Assembly (NCBI GenBank): GCA_963514005.1
Contig: OY740808.1
Span: 39,432,001 to 39,496,000 of the forward strand
DNA from: Raja brachyura
Taxonomy: Eukaryota
Reading direction: 5' to 3'
DNA length: 64,000 bases
The notes under the pieces were generated by a model, which was given only the letters and a program-made list of their open reading frames with translations, did not search any database and was not told the DNA's origin. This document shows positions 14,010-27,441 of this stretch, one piece after another. The first letter of the stretch is position 1. The number at the start of each line of letters is the position of its first letter. Both the position numbers and the translations under genes were made by a program.

Positions 14010-15062
14010 GAAACATAGAAAATAGGTAGGTGCAGGCCATTTGGCCCTTTGAGCCAGCACAGCCTTCCAATATGATCTTGGCTGATCATCCAAAATCAAT
14101 ACCCCATTCATGCTATCTCCCTATATCCCTTGATTCTGTTAGCCATAAGACCCACATCCAACTCTCTCTTGAAAACATCCAGTGAATTGGCCTCCACTGC
14201 CTTATGTGGTAAAAAATTCCACAGATTTTCTGCGTGAAAATATTTTCCCTCTTCTGAGTCCTAAATGGCCTAACCCTTATTCTTAAACTGTGACCCCTGG
14301 TTCTGGACTCCCCCAGTATCGGGAACATTGTTCCTGCATCTAGCTTTAAGAATGTTATATGTTTCTATAAGATCCCTTCTTATCCTTTTCAATTCCAGCA
14401 AATACAAGCCCAGTCGACACATTCTTTCATGATATGTGTGAGAAATAGAGTGATTAAACCCCCACTGTTGTGAAGGTCCGGGCGAGGATTCTAACATTGT
14501 TGTGAATGAAGTAACCAGCATCGTCCTTGAGCACCACTGATAGCATTGTATAGTGGCAGGCAGAGATGGGCGATGCGCCATAATCAGCAGATACTAGCTT
14601 TTCACTTAAAATACAAGAAACTAGGCCAGGTCAATAGCAACTGAGCATGCTTAATGAAATAAATGAATATTACTTACACGCCCCTGGTCAAGAAACTGCT
14701 CATTACCATGCACATGTATCAACATGATATGTATGATGAGGGAGGTACTGGGGGACGTACCTATAGACTGTGCACCTCAGTGCTCTAATTGGGAAGAGCC
14801 AGAGGGGAGGTTAAGCCAGCAGAATTGTGTGTATAAAGGGACTTTACTTTCCTGACTTTGCTGTGCCTCTAGGGGACAGCAAAGGAGAGGCACCTATTCT
14901 GCAGAATATTATCTTAATAAAAGCTTCTTTGCTGACTTTGTCTCAAACAGCGTTTGTGATTTTTTTATATCTCACAATATGTCAGTCCCGTCATCCCAGG
15001 TAATAACCTGGAGAACTTATGCTGCACTCCCTCAATAGCAAGAATGTCCTTCCTCAAATTAG
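14010..15062 (-). mobile_element. CR1 3' fragment split by a solo LTR
   Basis: GESRTRGHSLRIR motif and (catagaaa) tail at ~14010; sequence resumes at 14977 in register. Confidence 0.8.
14437..14976 (+). mobile_element. Solo LTR (ERV/LTR retrotransposon), 540 bp
   Basis: Termini TGTGAGA...TCTCACA; 5-bp TSD ATATG (14432-14436 and 14977-14981); TATAAA 14832-14837; AATAAA 14916-14921. Confidence 0.85.
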
Positions 15063-16419
15063 GAAAGGTACAGAAGTGTGAAAATGCCCACCTCCAGATT
15101 CAGGGGCAGTTTCTTTCCAGCTGTTCTCAGGCAACTGAATCATCCTACCACAACCAGATAGCAGCGCTGAACTACTATCTACCTCAATGGTGACCCTCGG
15201 ACTATCCTTGCTGGCTTTATACATGTATCTATACATTGGAAATAGCTCAATTGTAATCATGTATTGTCTTTCTGCTGACAGTTTTTAACACATGACAAAA
15301 AACCTTTCTCTGTACACGTGACAATAAACTCAACTGAACTGAGTTCCTTGTATTTAACACTTGAGTCCAGTTGGTTATAACCACTGTGACGGTCATATGG
15401 TGAAGTGGTTTATTCCCTTCTGGGCCTGCCTTCCATTCATAAGATCACAAGTTTGTAAATCATCATAATCAGAGATGACCTCATAATGTGCCTGGCCGGC
15501 AACCTCACAGTGAACTGCACCCGTAACCATGAAAGACGGTCTCCATTCCATCTGTCAACTTGGCAAACTGGCTCCATTTCATCTGTCAACTTTAAGTGGG
15601 TACACAATACCCCCATTGCCTGGCATTGAAACAGCGTGTAGTTACTAGAGGTCAAAACTCTAACCTTCAGGGTGTGGATCAATATCGCAAGCAAGGAGTT
15701 TCGAGAATGCCGGTGAAAAAGGAAAGCGCCAGAAGACTTATAAGAGGAGATCTAAGGTAGATCTGAATCTGTTAATAGACCAAGATAAAAGGTGGAGTGA
15801 CTCAGCGGGTCTTATTCTTAAACTGTGACCCCTGGTTCTGGACCCCCCTTACATCGGGAACATAGGGACATAGGGCTCTTCTGCCCCCTCTGAGCTTTTC
15901 TTTATGGGAGAGAATCCTATCGATCCAGTGATAATCCTGTCTCCAGTCTCCAACATTCGCCCACCTCTCCTCTCCCACCTCCCCTACCCAGCCTGCTACC
16001 CTCTCTGGACCTTTTCATATCCACTGTTGGTGCAACAACTGTCTTGGCTTCTCTACTCCACTGGTCCACTCAAACCGGAAGGGTCCCAACCTGAAATTAC
16101 AAATGTTAGGGAGCATCTCTGGAGAACATGGATAGGTGACGTTTCGCAGAGTGCTGGACTTACTCAGCGGGTCAGGCAGCATCTCGGGCGTACATGGTTA
16201 TATGACATTTCACAGAGTGCTGGAGTAACTCAGCGGGTCAGGCAGCATCTCTGGAGATCTCTGGATAGATCATGTTTCACAGGACAATGAAGCTAGTTGG
16301 AGAACTAGGGTGGAGGAGGGATGGAGAGAGAGGGATTAATTGAAGTTGGAGAAATCAATATTCATGTCGCTGTTGTAATCTGCCTGTCCTGCTGAGTTTC
16401 TCCAGCATTTTGTGCCTAT

Positions 16420-19190
16420 AACCATGTAACCATATAGCAATTACAGCACGGAAACAGGCCCTCTCGGTCCTTCCTGTCCGTGCCGACCATTCATCTTTCC
16501 CTAGTCCCATCTACCTGCACTCAGACCATACCCCTCCATTCCCTTCCCGTCCATATACCTATCCACTTTACTTTTAAATGTTAAAATCGATCCTGCCTCC
16601 ACCACTTCTGCAGGAAGATCATTCCACACAGCCACCACTCTCTGAGTAAAGCAGTTCCCCCTCATGTTACCCCTAAACTTCTGTCCCTTAATTCTCATGT
16701 CATGCCGTCTTGTTTGAATCTACCCTCAATGGGAAAAGCTTATCCACGTCACCTCTGTCTATCCCTTCATCATTTTTTTTTGTTAAATATTTTTTATTAG
16801 AAGTAAGTACATATCAAGATAAGGATATACATGTCATATACATTCATAATCTTATTAATATTAACAATTATTTCTAATTTGTACTTCTATGAGTTTTTCA
16901 TTTTTATTAGAGATAGGAAATAAAAGAGAAAAATAAAGATAGAAATTCAGAAAGATGAATGAAATATTAAGCAGTTTGTACATCATTGGAGATATATCCA
17001 TGGGTTATTATATGTAAATCTTCGTCTATTTCTTCGTTCAGGCATCAGTCAGGTTCTCGCACCGAACCATTTTGACCCTTTAAATATTCAATAAATGGAG
17101 ACCATATCCCTCTGAATTGATCCAACTTGCCCAGAAGGACAAGTCTGAATCTTTCCAGATGAAGTGGCTCCGACATTCTAGTGATCCACATTTTGATTGT
17201 GGGGGATGTAGGACCTTTCCAAAATTTCAATATAAGTTTTTTCCCAATTATTAAACTGTAATCAATAAAAATTCTTTGACTTATTGTTTTTAATTGATCT
17301 GTTTCTAATATTCCTAATATTATTAATTTTGAGTCAGGAAGCAAATTTGGATTAACAACATTCAAAATTATCTTAAAAATTTCTGCCCAAAAGGTAGTAA
17401 TTTTTATACAGTTTGTGAATGAGTGCGTTAGATTAGCTTCTAAGTGTTGACATTTATCACACATGGCTGGTATATTTGAAAAAATTCTATGTAATTTTGA
17501 TTTGGAATAATGTAATCTATGTAGTACTTTAAATTGTATCAAGATGTGTCTAGCATTTAACGAATAATGATGTATATTTTGTAAACTTTAATTCCATATT
17601 TCTGGTCTAATTGTTGGACCTAATTCGTTTTCCCATGAATGCCTATATGTTTCTATCATTGGTACATCATTTTCTAATAAAATATTATAAATATATGATA
17701 TCAATTTTTCTGTATTTGGATGTTTATTTAGACATTCATCTAAAATTTCTGCCTTTCTATTTCTAATTTCCTGTGTGTTTGATTTTACATAGTCTCTGAT
17801 TTGTAAATATCTAAAATAATCTTTTGAATGTAATCCATACATTTGTTGTAGTTCTTGAAATGAAAGAAAGGAGTTTTCCCTGTAAAGATCACCCATCCTA
17901 TTAATTCCATAGTTTTTCCATTGTGAAAAACCTTTGTCCATCATTGAAGGTTTAAATGTGACATTGTTTACAATGGAGAAAGCTGGTGGTATACATTCCA
18001 ATATTAATGTTTTCTTAAGTTATTTCCAGATACGTATCCCACTCTCTATCGTAGGGTTTTCTTTATAGGTTTTCTTAGCTAATTTAGCATTGGTGAATAA
18101 AATCGTACTAATGTCAAAAGGTGTACAATCTTCTTTTTCCATTTTTAACCAATTTGGTTGTTTATCTAATTCATCCAGCCAAAAATTCATATTTTTAATA
18201 CTAACTGCCCAGTAATAAAGCATAAAATTTGGCAATGCTAGACCTCCATTTATTTTTGATTTACATAAGTGTTTTTTATTTATTCTATGACTCTTATATT
18301 CCCAGATAAAATTGGTGACTGTGCAGTCAACTTTAAAAAAAAAAGTTTTTAGGAAGGTATATTGGTATCAATTGGAAAAGATATAGTATTTGTGGAAGAA
18401 AAATCATTTTTAATGCATTAATTCTACCTAACATTGAGATAGGTAATGTTTTCCAATATAAAATATTCTTATTTAGTTTATTCAGTAATGGTGGGAAATT
18501 AGATTTAAATAAAGAATCATATCTTTATGTTACGTGAATTCCAAGATACTTTATTTTTTTGTTTTGCTATCTTAAAATGATATTGTTGTAATGTATGTAG
18601 ATTATTTACCATTATTGGCATAAGTTCACTTTTATTCCAATTAATACTATATTCTGAAAACGAATCAAATTCAGTTATTAAATTTAATAAATTTAAAATA
18701 CTCATTTCCGTTTTTGTAATATAAAGTAATACATCATCAGCATATAAGGAGATTTTATTTTCAGTTTCTCTAGTTTCGTACCCATATATTTCAGGATGTA
18801 ATCTCAAGCTTTGAACTATTCCTTCATCATTTTAAAGACCTCAATCAAGTCCCCCCTCAACCTTCTGCGCTCCGAAGAATAAAGACCTAACTTGTTCAAT
18901 CTTTCTCTGTAGCTTAGTTGCTGGAACCCAGGCAACATTCCATTAAATCTCCTCTGTACTCTTTCTATTTTGTTGACATCCTTCCTATAATTAGATGACC
19001 AAAATTGGTCTTACTAATGCCTTGCACAATTTTAACATTACTTCCCTACTCCTATATTCAATGCTCTGATTTATAAAGGCCAGCACACCAAAAGCTTTCT
19101 TTACCACCCTTTCTACATGCGATTCCACCTTCAGGGAACTATGCATAGTTGTTCCTGGATCCCTCTGTTCCACAACATTCCTCAATTCCC
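16420..19190 (-). mobile_element. CR1-type LINE 3' fragment, split by an L1 insertion
   Basis: ORFs 16501-16698 (FTQRVVAVWNDLP) and 18991-19293 (ALVRP) flank the L1 and join across its TSD. Confidence 0.8.
16777..18815 (-). mobile_element. 5'-truncated L1 (second subfamily) with TSD
   Basis: ISLYADD, QFKVLHRLHYS and CDKC motifs; TSD ctat(c/t)ccttcatcatttt at 16759-16776 and 18816-18833; canonical TTTT/AA endonuclease site. Confidence 0.9.
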
Positions 19191-19454
19191 TACCACTATC
19201 TACAGTGTAAACCAGCATCTGCCGTTCCTGCACATTTTGCCTTGCCCACATTGACCAAGATGCTCCACCTTCACGAGTCCCACCTGCCTGCATTTGCTCC
19301 GTATCTCTCCTTACCTATCCTATCCATGTACCTGTCAAGAGTCAAGAGTGTTTTATTGTCATATGTTACAAAATGAACAATTAAATACTGACTTATGATA
19401 CGATAGAACTTTATCTATCCAAGGAAGGAAATGGTGTTATAAAACACAAGATAA

Positions 19455-19765
19455 AGGTCATGGTGGTGCAGCGGTAGTGTTGCTGCCTTTCAGCAATTGC
19501 ACGCCGAAGATCCAGGTTCGATCCCGATTACGGGTGCTGTCTATATGGAATTTGTACGTTCTCCCCATGACCTGCATGGGTTTTCTCCGAGATCTTCGCT
19601 TTTCTCCCACACTCCAAAGACGTACAGGATTGTAGGTTAATTGGCTTCGGTAACATTGTAATTGTCCCTAGTGTGTGGAGTAGTGCTAGTGTACGGTATT
19701 GATCCCAATGGGCCAAAGGACCTGCTTCTGCGCTGTATCTCTGAACTAAACTAAACTAAACTAAA
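19455..19765 (+). mobile_element. tRNA-derived V-SINE (HE1-like)
   Basis: Head ggtgcagcggtag..ggttcgatcc, V core, tail ctgtatctctg(aacta)n. Confidence 0.75.
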
Positions 19766-20475
19766 CATGAGCCATGAAATTAAAGTGACGAGTGAAAAGG
19801 ATTGGGGATGTGCAAAGATTGGGGGGGGGGGGGGGGTTGAGTCAGTCTTCCTCATGACAGAAGGGGATGGGGTTGTACAGTTTGATAGCCATGGGGAATC
19901 AGGATCTCCTGTGGAGTTCTGTGCTGCATCTTGATGGAACTAGTCTGTTGCTGAAGGTGCTCCTCAGTGTGTCATGGAGCGGGTTACGTAGCAGCACAAC
20001 AGTAGTGTAAACATATTGTACTGTAAAACCCTTACTAAACTGCAAAAAAAGTTCAGTGTATTTTTGAGAAACAGACAATTGGTTCAAATAGTCCTGTCCA
20101 AATATCTTCCAAATGCCATTGTACCAGCCTCCACTACCTCCTCTGGCAGCTTGTTCCATATACCCACCTCCTGGGTGAAGGGAGTGAATTAATTATGGTA
20201 GACGAAAATGCAGGAGAAACTCAGCGGGTGAGACAGTGTCTAGATGCATGCTGCCTCATCCTCTGAGTTTCTCCAACATTTTTGTCAACCATCGATTTTT
20301 CCAGCATCTGCAGTTCTTCCTTAAGCGAGTTAATTATGGAAGTACTTTAGGAATGTTGGATTCAGCCGAGTCGTTACCGATGCCTCTGTAGAATAATCTA
20401 TTCAGTTTTGGACTAATCATGCCTTTTTTGTTGATGGGGTGAGAAAATGTGAATCTTTGAGGCTGGGCAAATAAC

Positions 20476-22310
20476 CATAGAAACATAGAAACATAGAAAA
20501 ATAGGTGCAGGAGTAGGCCATTCGGCCCTTCGAGCCTGCACCGCCATTCAATATGATCATGGCTGATCATCCAACTCAGTATCCCGTACCTGCCTTCTCT
20601 CCATACCCCCTGATCCCTTTAGTCACAAGTGCCACGTCTAACGCCCTCTTAAATATAGCCAATGAACTGGCCTCAACTACCTTCTGTGGCAGAGAATTCC
20701 AGAGACTCACCACTCTCTGCGTAAAGAATGTTTTCCTCATCTCGGTCCTAAAGGAATTCCCCCTTATCCTTAGACTGTGACCCCTTGTTCTGGACTCCCC
20801 CAACATCGGGAACAATCTTCCAGCATCTAGCTTGTCCAACCCCTTAAGAATTTTGTAAGTTTCTATAAGATCCCCCCTCAATCTTCTAAATTCCAGCGAG
20901 TACAAGCCGAGTCTATCCAATCTTTCCTCCTATGAAAGTCCTGACATCCCAGGAGTCAATCTGGTGAATCTTCTCTGTACCCCCTCTATGGCAAGGATGT
21001 CTTTCCTCAGATTTGGAGACCAAAACTGTACGCAATACTCCAGGTGTGGCCTCACCAAAACCCTGTACAACTGCAGTAGAACCTCCCTGCTCCTATACTC
21101 AAATCCTTTCGCTAAGAATGCTAACATACCATTTGCTTTCTTCACTGCCTGCTGCACCTGCATGCCTAGTTACAATGACTGGTGTACCATGACACCCAGG
21201 TCTCGTTGCATCTCCCCTTTTCCTAATCCGCCACCATTCAGATAATAGTCTACCCTCATGTTTTTGCCACCAAAGTGGATAACCTCACATTTATCCACAT
21301 TATACTGCATCTGCCATGCATCTGCCCATTCACTCAGCCTATCCAAATCACCCTGCTGCCTCCTCACACCAAACTATACCCTCCAGCTTGGTGTCATCTG
21401 CAAACTTGGAGATGTTGCATTGAATTCCCTCGTCCAAATCATTAATATATATTGTAAATAGCTGGGGTCCCAGCACTGAGCCTTGCGGTACTCCACTAGT
21501 CACTACCTGCCATTCTGAAAAGGACCCGTTTACTCCTACCCTTTGTCTCCTGTCTGCTAGCCAGTTCTCTATCCACATCAATACTGAACCCCCAATACCG
21601 TGTACTTTAAGTTTGTATGCTAATCTCTTATGCGGGACCTTGTCGAAAGCCTTCTGAAAGTCTAGATATAACACATCCACTGGTTCTCCCTTATCCACTC
21701 TACTAGTTACATCCTCGAAAAATTCTATCAGATTTGTCAGACATGATTTACCTTTCGTAAATCCATGCTGACTTTGTCCAATGATTTCACCACTTTCCAA
21801 ATGCGCTGCTATCCCATCTTTAATAACTGACTAGCAGTTTCCCCACTACCGATGTTAGATTAACTGGTCTGTAATTCCCCGCTTTCTCTCTCCCTCCTTT
21901 TTTAAAAAGTGGGGTTACATTAGCTACCCTCCAATCCTCAGGAACTACTCCAGAATCTAAGGAATTTTGAAAAATTATCACTAATGCATCCACTATTTCT
22001 GTGGCTACCTCCTTGAGTACTCTGGGATGCAGACTATCTGGCCCTGGGGATTTATCGGCCTTCAATCCGTTCAATTTACCCAACACCACCTCCCGGCTAA
22101 CCTGGATTTCACTCAGTTCCTCCATCTTATTTGACCACCGTTCCACTGCTATTTCCGGCAGATTATTTATGTCTTCATTAGTGAAGACAGAACCAAAGTA
22201 GTTATTCAAGTGGTCTGCCATGTCCTTGTTCCCCATGATCAATTCACTTGTTTCTGACTGCAAGGGACCAACATTTGTTTTAACTAGTCTCTTTCTCTTC
22301 ACATATCTAC
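20476..22310 (-). mobile_element. CR1 LINE, young subfamily, 5'-truncated
   Basis: [41 protein letters not shown]; (catagaaa)n tail; near-identical to 61100-62930. Confidence 0.93.
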
Positions 22311-23618
22311 ATATCACATATCACATATCACATTCCATGGATCAGGCAAACTAGTTTAAGTTGGACAAATTGCATTTTCACTTCAAATGAAATAAATTGG
22401 CTTGTTAAACTGTTGCTTATTCTTCCACATGTTTCCAACTCGTTTACAGAATCTGCAGATTCCTTTTAATTTAAATTTAATTGAAGTGGAGACCTAAAAA
22501 TCTCTGTCAAATTGGTTATCAAAATTACCATGTGCTCCCCGGAATGATGCCAGCTCTTGGGAACATTTTCATTATAATTCTTCACTTTTCCTTCAAATTC
22601 ATTTTTTTTTAAAAAAGGTTCAGCTTGTGAACTTTAAACAGCCCTTTTATTTTAACCTTCAGAGACTCGGTGCGCTGAAGGGCCTGTTTCCACTCTGCAT
22701 CTCTAAAACTAAAACTAAATTCACACGCACGGCTTGTTGTGGGAATACCTCCTATTGAAAAGACAGACAGAGGATGTGCAGTAGTTCTGTTTGTGAGGAA
22801 TGAAATTCAGTCCCTTGAAACAGGAGATGTGGAATCAGTATGGATAGAACTAAGGAATTGTAAGGGTAAAAAATCACTAATGGGACTTATCTAAAGGCTC
22901 CCAAACAGTAGCGTCAATATTGGGTGCAAGTTCATTCAGGAATTAAAATTGGCATGTAGTATAGGTAATACTACAGTTGATATGGGAGATTTCAATATGC
23001 AGGTAGACTGGGAAAATCAGGTTGTTACTGGACCCCAAAAAAGGGCGTTTGTGGAGTGCCACTGTGATGGATTCTTAGAGCAACTTGTATTGGAGCCTAC
23101 CAGGGAGAAGGCAATTCTGGATTTAATGTTATGTAATGAGCTGGATTTGATAATGGTACTTTATCACTCCGTCACTGTAACGATCTACAGTGACGGAGGA
23201 ACTGAAGGAAATCCACATGAGGCAGGAAATGGTGTTGGGTAGACTGATGGGACTGAAGGCTGATAAATCCCCAGGGCCTGATGGTCTGCATCCAAGGGTA
23301 CTTAAGGAAGTGGATCTATAAATCATGACGCATTGGTGAACATTTTCCAATGTTCTATAGATTCAGGATCAGTTCCTATGGATTGGAGGGTAGCTAATGT
23401 TATCCCGCTTTTTAAGGAAGGTGGGAGAGAGAAAACAGGGAATTTCATTTTGGAGTCACGTGAGTGACTTCGTGAAGAACCCGCCAGCACGCATGCGCGA
23501 CATATCGTCGCTCGCATTTGCAGTCACCACCAGCCCTTCATAAGGACCGCTCAGGTAAGTATAGACAACCTTGAGCTGGTTGTCCCTGGTGTTTGAATTG
23601 TGTTTTCTTCAACAGGGA

Positions 23619-24629
23619 TATGGATAAAAGGAGTACAGGCCGCAGGACTTCCGAAAGGAGTCGTCGGCCACTATACCCGGAGCTCTCTACAGCACCTGCA
23701 AGTCGGGTCGGGAAAAAGGCGCGAAAGTCTTTTTCGATAGACTTGGGCCCTGTGACTACAGGACCCGACCCACCGACACAGCTGTGTACGAGCGGGGAGC
23801 CCCCAGAACAGCAAGTTGGAACGGCGCCTGAGCAGGTAGACCCTGACTCTATTTCTCTATCTCCAACTGGTAGAGAAACGTTGGCTGAAATGAGCAAACG
23901 GGTTACCCGTGCTGCTGCACGGCCCTTCTCCCCGAGCACTCGTGGAAGAGCCAGGGATGGAGCACAACAGCAAAGCCCTTGCAGGGCAGAATATTCACCA
24001 GAGGCCGCTAGACTGCGGACTGGTGGCTTATAGAGACCCTAGTCTACTGGCAGACCAGGAAGGGCCAGTATTGACTCACCACCTAGCAGAACCAGTAGAA
24101 GTCGTGCAGGTGGAGTCTCACCACGGTCCTATAGGAAACATGTACCTATAGGAAACATGCCTATTTTGGGTAATATAAGCCCGGGCATAAGAGCACAGGA
24201 GATAAAATTGCAAAGAATCCTGAAATTGCTCACGTCTGGGATTATCGCTTTTGCGAGGTCGGTGGACGGAATGGATTTAAACACCGAATAGGAAGATGCT
24301 CTTGCATTGTTGTGCAATATGCAATATGAAATAAATGCGTTTCGGAAGTCTACCATCAAGCCCACTCTAAATCCTAAATTCGCGGGGCTATGCAGAGCAT
24401 CTCCAACACCACCACCCAGACAACTATTCGGGGTAGACCTACCAAGCAGGTCAAAGATCTAGGCGACCATGCGAAGATGGTGGGTCTTATGAGGTCACAC
24501 ACCTCGACCAGACAAGCGGCCAGGATATTGCCATATTCCAGACCGCGGGGTCAAACTGAGAGACCAGCAAGAACCTACATATCGGCGCCTCCGCAATACC
24601 AACAATATCAACAACCGAGGCGTTTTTAG
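23619..24629 (+). pseudogene. DIRS gag-like ORF1, frameshifted
   Basis: Position between left ITR and RT; fragments 23593-24033 and ~24190-24450 (QEIKLQRILKLL..FAGLC..QLFG). Confidence 0.6.
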
Positions 24630-24732
24630 GGCAAGGCCCGCAACGACCAGCATGGAAGATGCGGCAACCGCATCACCAGCACAACCCAGCACCTCCACGT
24701 CCCACCAAACATGCCAGGGACCGCCGGTAACC

Positions 24733-26812
24733 ATGGAGGTAAGGCGGTCTGGATTTCATGCACTTGCATGTTTAACCTCATATGTTGGAAGGAGATTACG
24801 GTTCTTTAAGGAGGCATGGGATACCATCACTTCAGATGAGTTTATTTTACAAAGTACTCAAGGCCATGAGATTGAGTTCATAAATGGTCAACTTCCCCCA
24901 CCTCAGCATATGCCGAATCGCAAATTTGCGCTTTCCAATAAGGAAGTAGCAGAAGGCTGTGCTGAAATCTTGAGATTACAAGATAAAGGGGTGATAGAAA
25001 GGACAATCCACGAACCAATTGAATTCATATCTAACATCTCCACAAAAACTAAGAAAGATGGCGAATGTCGGGTTATCATAGATCTAACCCATTTGAATAC
25101 TTTTGTAAAATATACCCATTTTAAAATGGACACGTTTGAAACAGCCAAATCTTTGGTTTCCAAGGGCTGCTTCATGGCATGCATTGATTTAAAAGATGCA
25201 TACTATTCGGTATCCATTCAGAAACATCACAGGAAGTTCTTAAAATTTACATGGATGGATCAACTTTGGCAATGCAGAGCTTTGCCCAATAGGCTTACCA
25301 CAGCCCCTAGATTGTTCACTAAATTACTTAAGCCAGTGTTAGCAACACTGAGGAGGCAAAACCATACAGTTATGGTTTACTTGGATGATATCCTAATTAT
25401 TGGGAATACTTTGGAATCAACAAAATTGGCAGTTACAGCCACTGTGACATTATTTCAAAAAATGGGATTTATTATCCATCCAGATAAATTGAAGTTCTGT
25501 CCTTCACAGATCATGGACTATCTGGGATTTACGATTGATTCCAATCGAATGATTACCACCATTCCAATTAACAAAGTTGGGGATATCATTGAAGCATGTA
25601 TTAATCTGGTCTGCGCCAGTATACCATCAATCAGACAAGCTGCCAAGGTAATTGGGAAAATGGTAGCAGCTTTTCCATCTGCTCAATTCGGACCTCTACA
25701 TTATCAAAATTTGCAAAGATCCAAGATTTCAGCATTAAAATTGAATGCTGGACATTTTGATAGACCCATGCAGCTGCCATTTAAGGCAAAAATAGAGTTA
25801 CAATGGTGGATTGACAATATCCGCAACTCATTCTGGTCTCCAAATCTGAGGAAGGACATTATTGCCATAGAGGGAGTGCAGAGAAGGTTCACCAGACTGA
25901 TTCCTGGGATGTCAGGACTGTCTTATGAAGAAAGACTGGATAGACTCGGTTTATACTCTCTAGAATTTAGGAGATTGAGAGGGGATCTTATAGAAACTTA
26001 CAAAATTCTTAAGGGGTTGGACAGGCTAGATGCAGGAAGATTGTTCCCGATGTTGGGGAGGTCCAGGACAAAGGGTCACAGTTTAAGGATTAGGGGGAAA
26101 TCCTTTAGGACCGAGATGAGAAGGACTTTTTTCACACAGAGAGTGGTGGGTCTCTGGAACTCTCTGCCACAGAGGGTAGTTGAGGCCAGTTCATTGGCTA
26201 TATTTAAGAGGGAATTAGATGTGGCCCTTGTGGCTAAGGGGATCAGGGGGTATGGAGAGAAGGCAGGTACGGGATACTGAGTTGGATGATCAGCCATGAT
26301 CATATTGAATGGCGGTGCAGGCTCGAAGGGCCGAATGGCCTACTCCTGCACCTAATTTTTATGTTTCTAAACCCATCATTGTGCCTTGTCCGTTGGTGTA
26401 CTTACAAACAGACGCAAGCTCCCAGGGCTGGGGAGATACAGACAACAACTCTAGTTGTGGGGGCAGATGGGACTCACTTGAATCTACCCTTTTGTTATCA
26501 CAAGGGATAAATTATTTGGAGATGCTAGGGGCATTCCACCGACTTAGAGCTTATTGTTCAAACATTACTGACACTCATGTCCGTCTCCAAATAGACAACA
26601 CCACTGCGGTGGCATATTTAAATCATATGGGCGGTACCAGGTCAATTTCATGTGATGAATTGGCTAATACAATTTGGCTCTGGTGCATAAAACGAAATAT
26701 TTGGATTTCAGCTACCTATTTACCAGGTAAGCTCAATACAGGTAAGCTCTACCAGGTAAGCTCAATACCTATCTACCAGGTAAGCTCAATACACCAGGTC
26801 ATGGAAATTTAA
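24733..26812 (+). pseudogene. DIRS reverse transcriptase / RNase H, interrupted by a CR1 3' end at ~25831-26369
   Basis: GRRL..F..AW, IIDL..LN, FKM, IDLKDAY, APRLFTK, YLDD, YLGF, then TDAS, INYLEM, IDNTTAVAYLNHMGG. Confidence 0.9.
25831..26369 (+). mobile_element. CR1 3'-end fragment inserted into DIRS pol, in frame with RT
   Basis: ORF 24652-26280 switches from ..WWIDNIRNS to FWSPNLRKDI..EKAGTGY*; CR1 3' UTR and ttttatgtttcta tail follow. Confidence 0.92.
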
Positions 26813-27441
26813 TGACAACATTGAGTGGATGTTAAATCCCCAAATATTCACCAAAATTATAGCCAAATTTGGTAAACCGGATATTGACCGTTTCGCGTCA
26901 CAGTTAAATCATCAGGTACCAACATATGTATCATGGGAACCAGATCCTGGGGCAATGGCGATGGACGCTTTCTCGCTAGACTGGGGGAAATGGTTTTTTT
27001 ACGCATTTCCTCCATTTTTTTTTTTGAATATATTTTTATTAGAGGCCATACATATAACAAATAATATAGCATTTTTTTCCAAATATAGTTGTTACATCTT
27101 TCCAAAATTATATAAATGTTAACTAAATATATATATTGACCTCACTTTTTTTTATAGAGTGAAAAAAGTATAAAGAAAGAATAGTGAATAATTATAAGAG
27201 TATGATTATAGTTGATTAATATAAAGAAGAGAGAGAAGAAAAAAATAAATAAAATAAAATAAAATAAACAAAAACATAAAACAAAAAAAAAAATACGTGG
27301 AGAAGAAAACGGTATACAACTTATCAATGAGTGGAACAATTTCTAAATATAATATATAGAGACAAGTATATAAATCTGATCTTAAACATTTTTGTTTGAT
27401 CTTTCCACCGGGTACTCATTGAGTTTCGATGCTGAGCCCAG

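Noticed and set aside
26829-27015. Bacterial-type DNA adenine methyltransferase suggesting horizontal transfer
   Set aside because: It is the MT-like domain normally found in DIRS1 pol, here split by the L1.
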